From: Camelus ferus
Taxonomy: Eukaryota
Length of the DNA: 64,000 nt
NCBI RefSeq assembly: GCF_009834535.1
Contig: NC_045696.1
Location: forward strand, 64,854,001 to 64,918,000
Direction: 5' to 3'
In this document: positions 12,902-27,434 of the stretch, piece after piece
How the letters are laid out: every line of letters begins with the position of its first letter
Position numbering within the stretch: the first letter of the stretch is position 1
Made by a program: the position numbers and the translations under genes
Notes under the pieces: generated by a model
Told to the model about the DNA's origin: nothing
Seen by the model: the letters and a program-made list of their open reading frames with translations, nothing else
Database searches by the model: none

Positions 12902-14352
12902 ATTTTTCAGCACTAAACTCTGACTCTCTTGTACTGTATCCCAAGAGGCAAAGGTAAACAAGGTGGCAAAGAGGATGCGTATTTCTCTCTGGTACCTCAC
13001 AATACATCATTTTGGGCCCAGGGGCTTGTGCTCCTTATCAGCTTACGTGGGATCGCCTTGTAGGAGACCGAGCTTCCTGAAGGTGGGGACTATGAGTGCA
13101 TCATCCTGGGGCCACGTTCCTCTCCTGCTCTCAGCACCCCGGGCCCTGCGTGAAGTAGGTGTGCAGTAATCAGGGCAGGAGGAAGAGTTTGAGGATGACT
13201 TGGGCTCACTCAGGGACGTAGATGCATTCATTGTGATGGGCTTTCCTTAAGTTGTGCTGTTTAAAAATACTCTTTACAATAAATATCTTTTTAAAATGCC
13301 AGAGAATTATAAAATCCAGTTAGGTGAATGTTACTTATCATTTGTGCTCCTGAAAACGTGATTAAGAGGCTTAGCAAGGTAATACATTGAAAGTTACTCT
13401 GCACAGGGTAAACAACAGAAGCAGATCCTATCAGCAGGGACCGAACAGAACAAGGAGGAGAAATGCTTATTTTGATTAAGGTTTGGTATCACTCAGCGGT
13501 AAGGGCAATAGTTTACTTACTTCATTTTTTCAGAATAACTTGCTTTTTAGAAAGCAGAGCTTCTGGTATGGAAAGACATAAAGAAGTAACTAGGTAAGCA
13601 CCCCTCCTTTAGAGATGAGGAAAGTCAGGACCAGGAGACTCATCCCCAGGCCCCTGGCGGAGCAGTGCTGTTCCAGGACCAGACCTTGGTCTCCAGCACT
13701 TCATGTGTCAGACCCAAATGGTGCAATGAGTTCCTGAAACTCGCAAGTGGAGCAGACCATGGATTATTACAGTGAGAAGCCCTAGAAGTAGGGAGCCTGG
13801 AGGTCAGCGCTCTTTCAAAACCTTTTGCTAAGATTTCCTATCTCTTGTAGTTGGTTTTCAGTTTTAGGATAGAAATTCTCACTGTTTTTTCCTTCAAAAA
13901 TAATTGAAAATTCATTCCTCATTTGGTGTTCAAAGAAATCATTTTTTTTAAACTAGTATTGTTCTAACTGAGAAAGAAATCTGAGATAAATCCAGGATGT
14001 TCCTGCTCCTTCATAGCCTTGAAAATTTTCTCTTCTGAAGCTTTCAGTTTGTAGTTTAAAGATAAAACCCAGATCATAGAACATTGGAGCAGATGTTTAA
14101 CCCCCTATCACACTGAGGAAACTGAGACCAAGAGAAGGATAGGAGTTATCCAGGGTACCTCAGGTGGAGTAATCGTGAGGATGAGTCAGAATCATTTCTC
14201 CTAATTCTTTCTTCAGTGCTCTTTGAACCCTGGAGTGGCTAAGATGTCACCACTGAAACTTGCTTGTAGATCTGAAAAGCAGTTGGATGAAAAAGTACTG
14301 CTGCCCCCACTAAATGAAGAGGGAAGCCATCATGAGTTAGAATATCCTTTTC

Positions 14353-14435
14353 GGGGGAGGGTAATAGCTCAGTGGTTGAATTTATGCTTAGCCTACATGA
14401 GGTCCTGGGTTCAATCCCCAGTACCTGAATAAAAA
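14353..14435 (+). mobile_element. tRNA-Ala-derived SINE (vic-1-like, more diverged)
   Basis: GGGGGAGGGTAATAGCTCAGTGG...GAGGTCCTGGGTTCAATCCCCAGTACC followed by a short A tail. No clean TSD. Confidence 0.85.
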
Positions 14436-15009
14436 CGTTTATCCTCTTACTTTTGATATCTTAATGATGGAGGCTTTAACTAGCATTCTGTGTTTCCAGT
14501 GGGCTTTCCAATCACTGCTGAGTCAGACTAGTTTTTGGGTAGCAGTGTGTGGTCCCTAACATCAACTCCAAAACCCATTCTCTATTCCTACAGGCGATCG
14601 TTGTAATCAAATAGAACAAGTAAAAACTCAAAAAAAGTCAACTCACATTAAGATTGACTCACATTAAGATCGACTCACAGAACACTTGTTTTCTTTCTCT
14701 TCTGCCTAACACACACATGCCCATGTGCACACATGCATGTGTACGTGTACACACACACAGGCATGCACACATGTACAGTCACAAGCTTGCTCCTGTGGCA
14801 GGATGGGTACCACACTGGTAAAGACTGTGAAAGCTGGGTTCAAGCTGCCTGGGTTCAGTTCCACCTCCACTCTTTACTGTTGTGAGACTTTGGGAAGTTA
14901 TTCAATCTTTCCATGCTTTATTTTCCTTATTGCACAAAAAAACTTGATTTTTCTCACAGTTTTCAAGATAAAATTGGTGCCCTTTACCCCCACTGATCAT
15001 AGACAATGC

Positions 15010-15937
15010 AGGCATCGACTTCATAGGTTCCTTACTTGTGTAGACCCTTCCCTGGGTGGACCCTAGTAATGTGTTCACACGTTCATATTTTTTTTTTTTT
15101 GTAAATTTGCAAAAGTGGGATATTTGACCACAGTTATTTTAAGGTTGCTAGCTTTTTCCTCCCAGCCATCTCCTTTATCATTCTTCCCTTGTTGTAGGGC
15201 AGTGGAGTTGTCACTGACATGTTTGGGATATGGCTAAGAGGAAGTTGAGTTGGGGATACATTTAATTTGGGTTCCATAGGATTATTATCATTTTTGTTTA
15301 CAGTCACTTCCAAGAAATCACTGTCGGCCATCCTGATGTTGAAATGGCCAGGAATACTCCAGTGGACCACAGTTCTGACTCAGTGGGGGAGTGGCACAAG
15401 GATGCAGGGCCAGAGATCCTGTTGTGCTATGAACTTAGCTCAGGTGGAGGAGAAGTGTACAGAAAGTAGTCTGTTGAAAATTCTTCCAGATTTTGCAGCT
15501 CATATGTGATAGACATTGGGTTTATTTTAAAATCAAATTTGACAATAACCTTAAATATTTACATGTTAACGAGTGGTAGCTGAATTAAACATTTCTTAAC
15601 TTTTAATAATTAAAAAGAAGTAAATCAATCATGTTAGAGGCAAGGTTGAATCTTTTTTTTTTTTTATAGAAAATATGGCAAAATTGTTATATAAAAATTA
15701 TGAAAACCCCTGGGCAGAAATCAGAATGAGTAAGTATTAAAGCTGTGTCTAGATTTTGTGATGTCTCTGTTATCTGTGATTTTTTAAAAAGATGTGTAAT
15801 TTGGTTGATGTCCTTTCTTATTTTAAATAAGCGTTTACTTGATGACTCATGTTGTATTTGTAGTTTTGTATTTTCTTTAAAGAAGGTTCCCCAATTGCAT
15901 AAGCTTCAGGTTATACAGAACTTTGGCTGTGTCCCTG
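15010..15937 (+). mobile_element. hAT-Tip100 DNA transposon remnant (MER115/Zaphod-like)
   Basis: Recognisable blocks ccctagtaatgtgttcaca, ggaagttgagttggggatacattta, a decayed transposase C-terminal region ~15540-15680, and a terminus taagcttcagg...ccctg. Confidence 0.7.
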
Positions 15938-16353
15938 CAATTGACCACTTGTTAGAGGCTGAGGAAGATGCTTTCTGGGCCTCCTTGTTTCCAGCTTAAA
16001 ATAAAGATAGGACAAGAGGACTCTGAAGTATCTGTAAGTATCCTTCTAGCTCTAGAGTTCTGTGAGTCTGTCTTGTCAACACATTGACTGGTGTGCTAGG
16101 GTCCCCGGCTTTGCCCTGGGAAATCGCTAATCTTAGAATGGTGAATCAGTACCCTTTCTAGGAATTCTCTGAGTAGAACACGTAGAGGGATTGATGACAG
16201 CTGGATTCTCCAGTATTTGGCGAGCTGAAGGGTGCCATTCCAGGGACTTGTGTAGGTGATCAGACCATTACTGAAATGATTTGACATCCTCAGTCCTCAG
16301 GAAGCTCACAAATCTTGCAGACCACTCTGGTCCATTTCATTTAGGGAAGGCAC

Positions 16354-16878
16354 ATTAATTTTCTCACGCTGCGTAGCAAATTGTCATGAATTTTGTGATC
16401 TAAAACAACCTAGGGTTACTTTGTTTCTGTGGGTCAGGAATCTTGGCAGGACTTCACTGGGTCCTCTGCTCAGGGTCTCATAAGGCTGCAGTCTAGGTGT
16501 CTGTGGTTCTCAGATGGAGCTCAGGGTTCTCTTGCAGATTCATTCAGGTTGTTGGCAGAATTTAGTGCTTTGTGGTTGTAGGACTGAGGTCCCCATTTTC
16601 TTGCTGGCTGTCAGCCATGACCACTCTCAGTTCCTACAGGCTGCCCTCAGGACCTTCCATGTGGCCATCTCCATAGTTGATTCACAGCATGGCAGTTTGC
16701 TTCTTCAAGGCCAACAGAAGACTATCTTTCTCCTGCTAAGGAGGAGTCTTACATAACATAATTGAATCCAGGGAGTGACTATCCTATCATATTCACAGTT
16801 CCACTCATGCTGGAGGGGAGTGGATTATACATCAGAGAATGGAAATCTTTGGGCCATTTTAGAATTCTGCATACCGCA
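16354..16878 (-). mobile_element. MLT1 (ERVL-MaLR) solo LTR
   Basis: tctgtgggtcaggaatc...ggtcctctgctcagggtctcataaggctgca ... ggccattttagaattctgcataccgca terminus. Confidence 0.8.
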
Positions 16879-17629
16879 GAAGGGAAGGGCAATATTTTTT
16901 GAGTACCAACCATGTACTACTTTATTTGCGTTCTTTCATTCATTTCTCAGAATAATTCTCCAAGGCAGGTATGATTATCCCAATTTTCATGATCAAGATA
17001 CTAAGGCTTGAAATACAAAGTAATTTGCTGAGAATCAAAGAAGCAGAGTCTGGGTTTGAATCAGGTCCATCTGACTTGATAGCCTGAAGTATCTGCAACA
17101 CACCCCAGGACTTCAGGAACAGGTAGCTGGTCTGCACGGGAGGGCACCTAACATCTTCTCTGACCACGTTGGCTAACGTGGAATATACACTCACCCTGTG
17201 ATGCATCCGCTTCTCCTGGTGCAGGGCTTCGTAAATACAAGGTGTGTGTAATTAATTAATGTAGTACAAAAGGCACACTTTAAATATTAAGCATCCCCTA
17301 CTTCCTCAGAGTTGCAAGTTTCCCAATTTTCAGTTTAACTTAGCAAGCATGTCTTGAGCTTTCCATTTGAAAAGCAGTGGGAGAAATAAAAATAGGGAAA
17401 TGTTCGAAACAATAGGTTTTAAGAAATTCCTTGCGGTAGAGTGGACAGAGCAGATGCAGTCCCAAGACCTGGGCCCAAGTGCTGCTACCTACCCACCCTT
17501 TCAGCTTTCTAACCCTTAGTTTCTCCATCTATAAAACTTGTGCGGACATTTGTGAGGACCAAATGAAATGATTCCTGAGACAGCATATTCTGAGTTGTAA
17601 ATTATTAAAACTCAAGTTTTTTTTTTTTT

Positions 17630-18710
17630 AATGCTGAAAGTTCTCGGTCAGATATATATGTATTGCAAATATCTCCTTCCACTCAGTGGCTTGCCTTTTT
17701 TAGTCACTTAGTAATGCCTTTTGATGAACATAAGTTACGTTGTGATATACGGAATTTTGATAAACATTTGATGAATGTTAAATCATAAAATTTAGTAAAA
17801 TTCAATTAGCAGTATTTTTTCATATGATCAGTGCTTTTTGTGTCCTGTTTTAGGAATCTTTACTTACCAAAGGTCATGAGGGTATCCATCTAAGAGTTAC
17901 TGTGTACTAGAGTTTTACTGTTTTACCATTCAGATTTACGTTTAAAATTCCTTTCGGATTGAGTTTTGCATGTGATGTAAGGTAGGGATTAAGACATGTT
18001 TGTTTGCGACACAGATATCCAAACGACCTAGATCCATTCATTAAAAAGCCCATTCCTTCCTCCTCTGCATTTCAGTGTCACCTTTGTCATAAACCAGGTG
18101 CCCGTGGATGTTTGGGGGTGTTTATGGACTGTTCAACTTGTCTGTTTGTCTGTACTCGCACCACTGCCTCACTCTTTTATTCACTGTACCTTTATGATAG
18201 ATATTTTCATTTTGTAATGTCAAAGTGTCCCAACTTTTTCTTCAAGATTTTCTTATCTATTCCTGGTCCTTTTCACTTGTATCTCCTCTTAGTAAGTTAC
18301 TATTGCTGCAAATTCCTTCTAGGATTCTGATTCTGATTTTTTTTTTGGGTCTGTAGATCAACATATTTTCAGTATTGAGATTTCCAAATCATGAACAAGA
18401 TATGTCTCTCTATTTATTTAGATCTGTAATTACTCTCAGTAGTGCTTTGTAGTTTCCTATGTAGAGGTTTTTTTTTTTTTTTTTTTTTTTTTTAACGTTT
18501 TTTCCGTAAGTATGTGATGTATTTTTGGTGATACTGTAAATGGTATTGTTTCTTAAAATTTTATTTTACAATTATTTGTTGCTAGTATATTAAAATACAG
18601 TGCAATTATAATCACCTTGTAATCAGCAACCTTACTAAACTGATCTTTCAATTCTAATATTTTATCTATAGATTTAAAAAAATTCTACATATAAATCATG
18701 TTGCCTGAAA
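17630..18710 (-). mobile_element. Ancient L1 ORF2 fragment
   Basis: Reverse-strand L1 motifs: tattgcaaatatctccttcc, tgatgtaaggtaggga, ccaaatcatgaacaagatatgtctctctatttattta, aaccttactaaac. Confidence 0.8.
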
Positions 18711-20499
18711 CTCAGATTTTATAGGCTATCGTATATAGGCTGTCCAAAGTACTGCATAAGCACAAGGAAAGTAAGGATTGTCCTTGATTGGGGGATTTGG
18801 GAGGTTTCTGGGATGAGGTTAAATTTAAGCTGGGACTTATTTTTAGGTCTCAAGACCTTTTAAAGAAAGTGAGGGTTATGCAGGGTGGAGGGAAATGCCT
18901 GCCGTTTAATTTGACAATATTTATGGAAATCTCTCTGGATATTGAGTCATTTTCACTGTACTGTAAACTTGTTTCATATGCAGCCCTGATCCATTTAATT
19001 ACGTGAAGTTTATTGGATGCCTCTCATTAATTACAGTGATGATCACTTAAGCAACTTCCAATTTGGGAGTCCCTTTTCCACAACATTTCCAAGAACAGTT
19101 TTTTTAATTTCCGAGTTCAGATTATTATTCAAAGAAGGAAAGTTTAAAATCACTTCCTTCTTCAGTGTCCTTCCTAGTACAACAGCAAACAAGACTCCTT
19201 TCCCTTTGAACAACACAGTGATGGCAGATGCAGATTAGAGGATGTCTCACATATGAGCGAAATAAAAGCAGCAAGCAAACAAACAAAAACCCAGACTTGG
19301 CTTTGTTTTGTTTTGCTTTGGCGGAGGGTAGCATTACACCACTGGATATTTTGTATTTATTTTTCCTCCTTGGAGGTGTTAGGAAAGGCTTCATGGAGGG
19401 GGTGGGTTTTGGAAGAAGTGGCCTTTGTGATCTCAATGGGCAGAAAGAAAGGAGACCCGTCCAGATGGAGGGACTAACGTAAGAGAGGGTGTACGTTGGA
19501 AGGAGGATGCTGTCTGGCGAGGAGAAAAGAATAGTGGGGCTTACCTGAACACAGTGTTGTGAGCCAAAAATGACTTAGGTGCTTTGTAGCTTAGAGCCCT
19601 TTATCCGTTCTCTCATACCAACCCCAGGAGGAAAGCAAGGAACATGCTCTTATTTCCCTTTTACAGATAATCAGGCAACGGAGGCTCGTTGATGGTGACT
19701 TTCCTCTTGGAAAAGAGTTAGATGTTCTGTAGACCTTCTGGTTCTTTGTGCTTTTCCCATCTGATCGCTCTGATGTGAAAGGCTGGATATTATCCCGGAG
19801 GAAATTATGGTTCTTTGGACATAAGAGCAATGTGACCAAAACAGAATTTTAGGAATACTGTCTGCTGGGGAAGGAAGGCCGGTAAAGAGAATGTAAATGA
19901 CAGGAGAGCAGGGCTGCTCTGTCTGGTGCACAGTTGGATCTCTGGCACTTCATGCAATGCTGAGCCCTGGTCATGAAATATTTATGGAATGAATCAGTGT
20001 ATAAACTCATAAACTCAAACAAGAAATGGAGTTAAGGAGGACAGTGAGGAATCTATTACATATTGAAAATGGTTTTATTTCCTGGTGGTAGCACAGATCT
20101 TCTTTGGATCCTATTGTGGACTCCTAAGGATTAAACTTCTTGTTTAATTTGCAGTTTTTACCTCTAACAACCATGCCTTCACTCCACGGTATCTGATTAA
20201 CAATGGGAATCATGACCCTCTTCTCATGAACACTGTTGTCTTTCGATTAGAATGGACATTTTAAAAATTCCATGAAAAAAAATCCATGAAAGAGATGCCA
20301 GTTTCCCTACTTGAAATTTAAACAATCAATGTTCAGTAATTTACTCAATTCTTTTCAGATACTATGGACCACAGGGCACCCCCCTCCACATACCGTGCGC
20401 CTTCTTGTTTGTCCGTAAGGTTCTCTTTGCACAGAAGCCATTCTCCACTCCTACACTCTTATCTGTTCATCCCAGTGAGTCTTATTTCTTATTTAAAAA

Positions 20500-21030
20500 T
20501 AATGTATATTGGAGAAAGACATTTCTGGTTATAATTTTATAACTTGTTCATTATAGAAAATGTAGAAAATATTAAAAACTTAAAGAAGAAAATTTAAATC
20601 TTTCATAAATTTACGAAATAGAGATAGGCACTGTAGATATTTACTGTTTGTGCATCTGTTCTTCATATATTTATATAAGATTTTATTTTCTCTGTACACA
20701 TCTACATAATAACAGAGACACATATTTCCTGTATGTAAACTCACATGTAAATTCTCATACATGGGCATATGTGTGCAATACATAGGGATTCTAACTGAAA
20801 TTGAGATCATATGTATTGTAAAATTTTGTATTCCGCATTTTCTCTTAATACTGTATTCTATTTCCTTATTTTATTTTATTTGATGATGTGCTTTTTAAAG
20901 ATTGCTTGGTATTTCTTTGTGTATTTAACATTCTTTTTACCTCTTTCATTTTTTACTTTTTTTTTTTTTTTGGATATATAGGTTGTTAACCTTTTCACAA
21001 AATCTCTTACGTATTCCAGATTGTTTTCTA
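20500..21030 (-). mobile_element. Ancient L1 3' UTR fragment
   Basis: AT-rich decayed L1ME-like 3' end (tagaaaatgtagaaaat, aaattgagatcat, ggatatataggttg). Confidence 0.5.
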
Positions 21031-21949
21031 AAATGATCATACCCCTCTTACCTCTTACCTGCCATGCCTGCCTCCCTCCTCCTAGCCAGTTCTGGTCTCG
21101 CCTTTTGAAAACATGGCCTAAGAAGAGCTCACTTTAAGTTGTATTTTTTAGAACTTGTAGAAGAAGTTCTTTAAGGTCTAGCTTTGCTGACATCCCTTCC
21201 TCCGTCTGAATCATGATTCCTATGGAACTTTGAGCAAGATCAACTTTGTTTATACCACCCCATAGTACAGTTAAGTCCTGTTCCCTGCATTAGACTCTCA
21301 ATTACTTGAGACAGAGACCATCGTTCATTTTTGTATCTCTTGGCACTTGAAGTAGGGCCTGGAGCATATTGTCAGTAAACATTGAAAGTTGGTTGTTGAA
21401 ATAAGTCCCTTGAAGAATGGGAACTAAAGGTGAGAGACTGTGGGCAGGCAGACCTGGTCTGTGGGACTGCCCAGCTGAGCTGATGGAAGCCTGGATGAGA
21501 AAATAGCAATGGAAATGGAAAGGAGGCAACAGGGAGACCTTGTGGGGATGATCTCCAGCAAGGTGTGCCTGTGTGCAGATGTGTGTGTGCTGTGCTTGGG
21601 GTGTGTGAAGGAGAGGTTAGAGTCAAAGAGAACGCCCAACATTCCTGTTTGATGGCCAAGTGGAGGTACATGCTTTTACCTGATAGGTGACGGGACAAGG
21701 TGACAGAATGAGTTTAATGTTTCACCAACATTTCTAGGTAATAAAAAGATTAAGTAACATTTTACAGTAATACTCTGTGGAAATGCACACAAGTAAGTAA
21801 TTTATAGCCTTTATGAAGTCAAAAATATTTTAAGCCATTTTTTAATGAGTGGAGCTGAAATTGACTCGAACTCAGACCTCACTTCTAATTTAGAAGTGAC
21901 AGAGATGTTAAAGTAGGAAAAGTATTGAAAACCAGGGTGCATTCAGGCA

Positions 21950-22300
21950 GGAGAGGACCGACTGATTCTGTGAGGAACGGCTAAAGGAACTGAGGATGTT
22001 TTGTTAACAGAGACAGGAAGAAACAGAAAGGATAACGTTGCTCTCTGCAAAAATCTAAAAGGCTGCCCTGTGGTGAAGGTGCTAGGCTAATTCTGAGTGC
22101 ACCCAGATGGTGGAGCCAGGGCCAGGGGAGATACGTTTTCTTCTTATGTTAGAAAGACATTTTTATAGTCATAGCTGACCCGAGATGAAGGAGAAGTCCC
22201 AGGAGGCTGCGACAGTCTGTCAGTGGAGATTTTCAAGAAAGGCTTGTCACTCAATGAGGAGTTGAATGGCTTGCCCTTCCTACCCCAGGATTCTATGATT
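21950..22300 (+). mobile_element. L3/CR1 LINE 3' fragment
   Basis: ctaaaggaactgaggatgttt...aaaatctaaaaggctgcc...ccttcctaccccaggattctatgatt, a CR1-type tail. Confidence 0.65.
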
Positions 22301-23394
22301 TTTATCTGAATTGTTTTCCTGTCAGCAGTTTTGTATTTTGAACTGAAATTTGTCTCTTGTTCTTGTCATTTCTGATTATAGGAAGTAGAATAATGGTGTA
22401 AAAACGGCCTCTTGGTTTTATTCGTTTTCTAGACACCTTTGCAATAGAATTACAGGGATAAAGTAGTACACACTTTAAAAATTCTCCTTCACCCTTTTTC
22501 CTCTTAATACAGCTTTACCATCAGGGAACCAAGCCATTTTGCTTCTCCCCTTTAGCTAAGATTTAATCTGCTCCTTATTTTGACTTCCAAGAAAATCAGC
22601 CTGATACAAACTTTAAATCGAAGGGTTTCACCTACTACCTACTGCTTGCAGGTGCCACCAGTTTCACTATTCAGACCCCAGCTCCTGGATAAGGAGCAGC
22701 TTATCTCTGAAGTTACTTGTGGGTGGTAAAAAGCCGTGTTCACCTTTGTTGGAGTGATCCAAGTAATTTCTCCATTTGGATCTCGTTTGTGTCGGAGTTC
22801 CCAAGATAACTCACGTCATTGCTGTCCCTTCATTCCTTTGGCTTACAAGATTTCTTCAGGAAAAAAAATGAAATGTTTGGTGCTTGGGGGAAGTGGTTTG
22901 ACTCCAATTAGCTTCGGGCTGACAGGCAACCTCAGGATTTAGAAATTATTACTGTTGATCAGAGACCCAACTACTGTTTGAAAACTCAGGCTTTCAGAAA
23001 TTCAGATATTCAGATAACAAATATGCTTCAGGATACTGGCATAGAGTCAAAGCAGTTATCTTGATTCTGTACCAGAGTGAGTCCCGTCCTTCCTTCCTTG
23101 TGCTAAGACTTTCCAGGACGGCTCTCCTGATAATGTTTTATATTAAAAAATAGTAGTTAGTGAAATGCTTTCCTTCTTTTCTTCCTTTCGTCCAGAGCCA
23201 AATACATTACATTACACATAACATGAGCTAAATAAATGAAGTGAACACCTTCTAGCCAACTTTTGTATTACTCTGAGAAATATTTGTACATTGTCAGGTA
23301 ACTTAGAGTAACAATTGAAAAATAAATGGCAGGTGGGTTGGTCAAAATTGATGCAGGCATTTTGTTTCAAGGAAGGTCCAATTATTATTTTTGT

Positions 23395-23875
23395 AAATTT
23401 TCAATTGTGATAAAAAACACATAATGTAAAATTTACCCTCTTTACCATTTTAAATTGTTGAGGTCAGTCGTGGTAAGACCTTTCACATTGTTGTGAAGTG
23501 GAACTCCAGAACTCCTTCAGCTTGCAAAACTCAGACTCTGTACCCACTTAGCAACAACTCCCTATTCCCCATTCCCCCGCAAACCACCAGGCATACTTTC
23601 TGTTTCCAAGAATTTGACAACCCCAGGTGCCTCTTATGAGAGGAACTGTGCAGTTTTTGTCTGTTTTATGACTAGCTTATTTCACTTGATGTAATGTTCT
23701 CAAGATTCATCCATGTTATTGCATGTGTCAGAATTTGCTTCCTTTTTTAAGGCTGAATAATGTTCCACTACATGTATATACCACATTTTGTTTATTCATT
23801 CATCCATGGACATTTGGGTTGCCTCCACCTTTTAGCTACAGTGAATAAAGCTGCTGTGAACATGAGTGGGCAAAG
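23395..23875 (-). mobile_element. L1MB-like 3' end
   Basis: taaaatttaccctctttaccatttt, cttatttcacttgatgtaatgttctcaagattcatccatgtt, ggctgaataatgttccact, gctgctgtgaacatg. Confidence 0.85.
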
Positions 23876-26800
23876 GAAGGCCTGATTCTTCAATTAATTG
23901 TAATACCTCTCCAAAGGAGCTTGTCTTAAAATTGCTAAGGCTATTTAACAAACATGGTATGGTGGCATCTGAGGTCATTGTTTTATCACCATTGAAAACC
24001 CACTGTGTGTGACTTTGAAGGAGACATCTGAAATATCTGTACCTAGGTTTCCTGGTTTGTTTACCTGTTGCAAAGAATATCTTAAATGCCTTTCACCTCA
24101 TTTGTTTCCTCGGTAATTTTTTCTGCACAGCACGTCAGCACTCTTTTTTTTTTTTTTTTCAGAATGGCATTAGCAGATACCCATAACTATTCTTATCCAT
24201 TTTAACTCATTTGTTAAGCTCAACAGACATCAAAGTGTAGGCCAACCCTCATCAAAAATAATAAGACATTGTGTTTTAAACCAGCAAACACCAACATGTG
24301 ACCAACTTTTCTTTTTTCTTATTTCCATGATACCACTCTTGGAAGTACACCCAGCCTGTGTGGTAATGTGCCAGCAAACAGTTCTGGAGAAGCAGTAATG
24401 GATGTAGAAATTGTGGAGATTTCATAACTTTTTAAGATATAGCTATTAATACCTCATCTTTATCCAAAGGAAACAGAGGAGGAGCCCATGAAGGAAGGCG
24501 GGGAGGGGAGTAAGGAGAGGAAAAAAAGAGGGGAGTTAGGAGAAGAAAGAAAGCATTGTTTCTTTCCGTCCATTTCTCTTTCCAAGATACTGTGCTATAG
24601 AGGACCACCTCCTCCCCTGCTCCCCTGACAAGACAGCCTCCTCTTTTCGTTTTCCCTTGCAAGCCTGTCTTTAAGAAGGCGTCGCTGTGTTTTATGATTC
24701 GCAGTGAAAAGTCCGTGAGGGTTTTATTGGTAAGAATCAGGTACTGTAGGCTCCAGGAAGAGGTGAGCCTAATGCCAGCCTCTTCTCCCATCTCTTTCTG
24801 TGAACATGGATATTTCAATTCAATATCTATTTGTACTTTTTTTTTAAGGCATTTTGCTAGGAGTTTGGGGGTGGGCAAGATAAACATAGTTCCTGCCCCA
24901 AAGAATCTCATGGTCTAGCTGGGAAAACCAGCATATATCAGTGTATAAATGAAAGTATATAAAAGTGACCCCAGAGGCTTGAAGGGGGATTAATTAACTG
25001 AGAGAATCAGGGAAGATGTCATGGAGAGTGTGACATCTGAGTTGGGACAAACACAGGTGACATAATTCCAGGCAGAAGGATTACCACCTACAGAGTCCTG
25101 GAGGCTTCAGGATGCACGGAATATTTAAAGGAACAATCTCAGATTCTCCAGCTAAAGTTAAAGTGCTAGCATAACTGATTCCTGAAATCCCTTCTTATTC
25201 TTCCTGTGAGTCTGTAAAATGTACCGGTATTGGCTATGATTTTTCCTGTCCTGTTTTACTGTTTCAAAACTCTGACAACATGGCCAGGTTCTGGAAGTGT
25301 GGAATTAAGCCGAGATTTAGAATTCCTTCTACCATCTCCCCAGGCACTGCTAAATTGTGAGAACGAAAGAGAAGATTCAGTGACAGGTTTTAGATCCTTT
25401 ATGTGTTGATGACATCCCAAGTGGTGTATTTTTTCTTTTTCTTTTTTTATTCCTGACATTCTGAATATTTCATCATTTTTAAAGGGAGTGCTCTCTTAAT
25501 TATTTGTTGGGCAACTCAGAAGTGTAAAAATCAACGTTATTATCAGATGGTTATTTTCAGTCATAGTAATTTGTTCCTCTTATTTTTATACATGTGAACC
25601 ATTTTTTCCTTCCTCCACTGCTTCTTCCTTCCAAGACGTATTTAATGAGAATGCCCGCTTGTAAGTGAAGAAGGCAGATTCCCTTGCCTTTGCTACAAGA
25701 AAGCCAGAAAGTGCCCTAGACATTCCTAAGACGGGAGCGGGGGATGTCCTGTTAGGAGTTTCCAAGAGGAGTTGCAGTTGTGAAGGATTTTGAAGGGCTT
25801 GAAAAAGGACAACATTTTCCACTTGACCCAACTTTTTACAAAATTAACATCCTTTTGTTCTCGGTTGGAGAAGCACAGTTGAGATTCTGACACCTTCTCT
25901 GTGGCTGGGAACCTGAGTGGCTTGGATTTGCATTCTGGTCAGATTATAAAGGAATTAGCAGGGATATCTGTTAAAATGGCATCAGGCATAAGTAGAGGCC
26001 ATGTTTCCCATACCTGCCACCCCGCAGGTGGCCGTGGTCACCGCCGTCGGCCGGTGGGCTGTCTCTCTGCTGCTTGGCAGCAACGCGGGAGGGTTCTGCT
26101 CCTGCCGCTGAGCCTCAGTTACCGTCATGACCTGTCAAGACTGGACCAGCGAGTGCACTTTCAGGGCTGCTCATGAAAAAAAATTTTTTCTCAGTGTGGT
26201 GCTTACATCTCCTGTCACAAACACACACTGCTGAGACACTAAATGAAATGGTATGAGAACCAGTATCCCCGTATTCATGCTTGTTTCCCAAAGGAAGAAA
26301 ATGTTCACATACTGATTAGAATTAACTTCAGATTGCCCTACATTTTGTTTCTTTTTCCATCCAGATAACACAAATTATAGATTTTAAAATTCTATACTGA
26401 TTTAAAATGTTATTAATGTTTTTATGTTGATTGAATGCCTGGAATATCTTAGACACTACCACAGGCATCCTGCCAAAATATTTACACTCACTCTCACCCA
26501 CTCTCATAGCTTTCTGCAGACGTTATTGGAGAGTCCCAGGTAAACTGCATCATTATAAGAATAGCTACCATTTATTCAGCACCTACTATGTGGCATGAAC
26601 CATGCCGAGTAATTACTTTAATTAAGTATTTTCTCCCTTATTCCTCAAAATAATCGTGTTAGCAAGTACTTTTATTCCCATTTCCAAGGTGACTGCCAAG
26701 CTAAAAGACGATAAATTAGTAATTAACCTAAGGTTCTATAGCTATTTGAAGAATTAAAATTTAAAATCAGGATTCTGATGACAAGTCAAACACTCTTCTC

Positions 26801-27101
26801 CTGAGACATTTGGCTCTTTTGAATCCTGATACTTCTTACATAAGTGTCTCTCTTTCAAACATAGCTAAAGAGAAAAGAAAGTGTGTGCACTGTGTCTCTC
26901 CATCTCTTAATATAGTTACTGGGGTGTTAACATCTTTCTTTTGTATTATACTTTTTACTGAAATAATTTGAGAAGTTAATAAGGAATATTAATATATATA
27001 CTGGATTGCTGTCCTCTGAAATGGGGTCATCTCTAGGGTATAAAATATCTGATTGAATAGCTACACAGATTTCTAAGTTTGAAGTCTAAATTGTTTTCAG
27101 T

Positions 27102-27434
27102 TGTCTTAGTCCATTTGGGTTCCTGTAACAAAAATACTGTAGCTTATAAGTGGGTGGCTTATAAACAGAAGCAGTTTATTTCCCACAGTGCTGGAGGCTG
27201 GGAAGTCCAAGTTCAAGGTGCCAGCACATTCTGTGTCTGGAGCCGCTTTCTAGTTGGTGCTATAGATGGTGCCTTCTAGCTACAACCTCACAAGGCAGAA
27301 GGAATAGGGTAGGAATCTCTCTGGGGTGTCTGTTATAATCACCTCCCAGTGGCCCCACCTCCAGGTACCATCACATTGGGCATCAGGTTTCAACATAGGA
27401 ATTTTGGGGGTATGCAAACATTCAGACCATAGCA
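27102..27434 (-). mobile_element. MLT1A-like (ERVL-MaLR) solo LTR
   Basis: TG...CA ends: tgtcttagtcc ... caaacattcagaccatagca. Internal ctggaggctgggaagtccaag. Confidence 0.85.
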
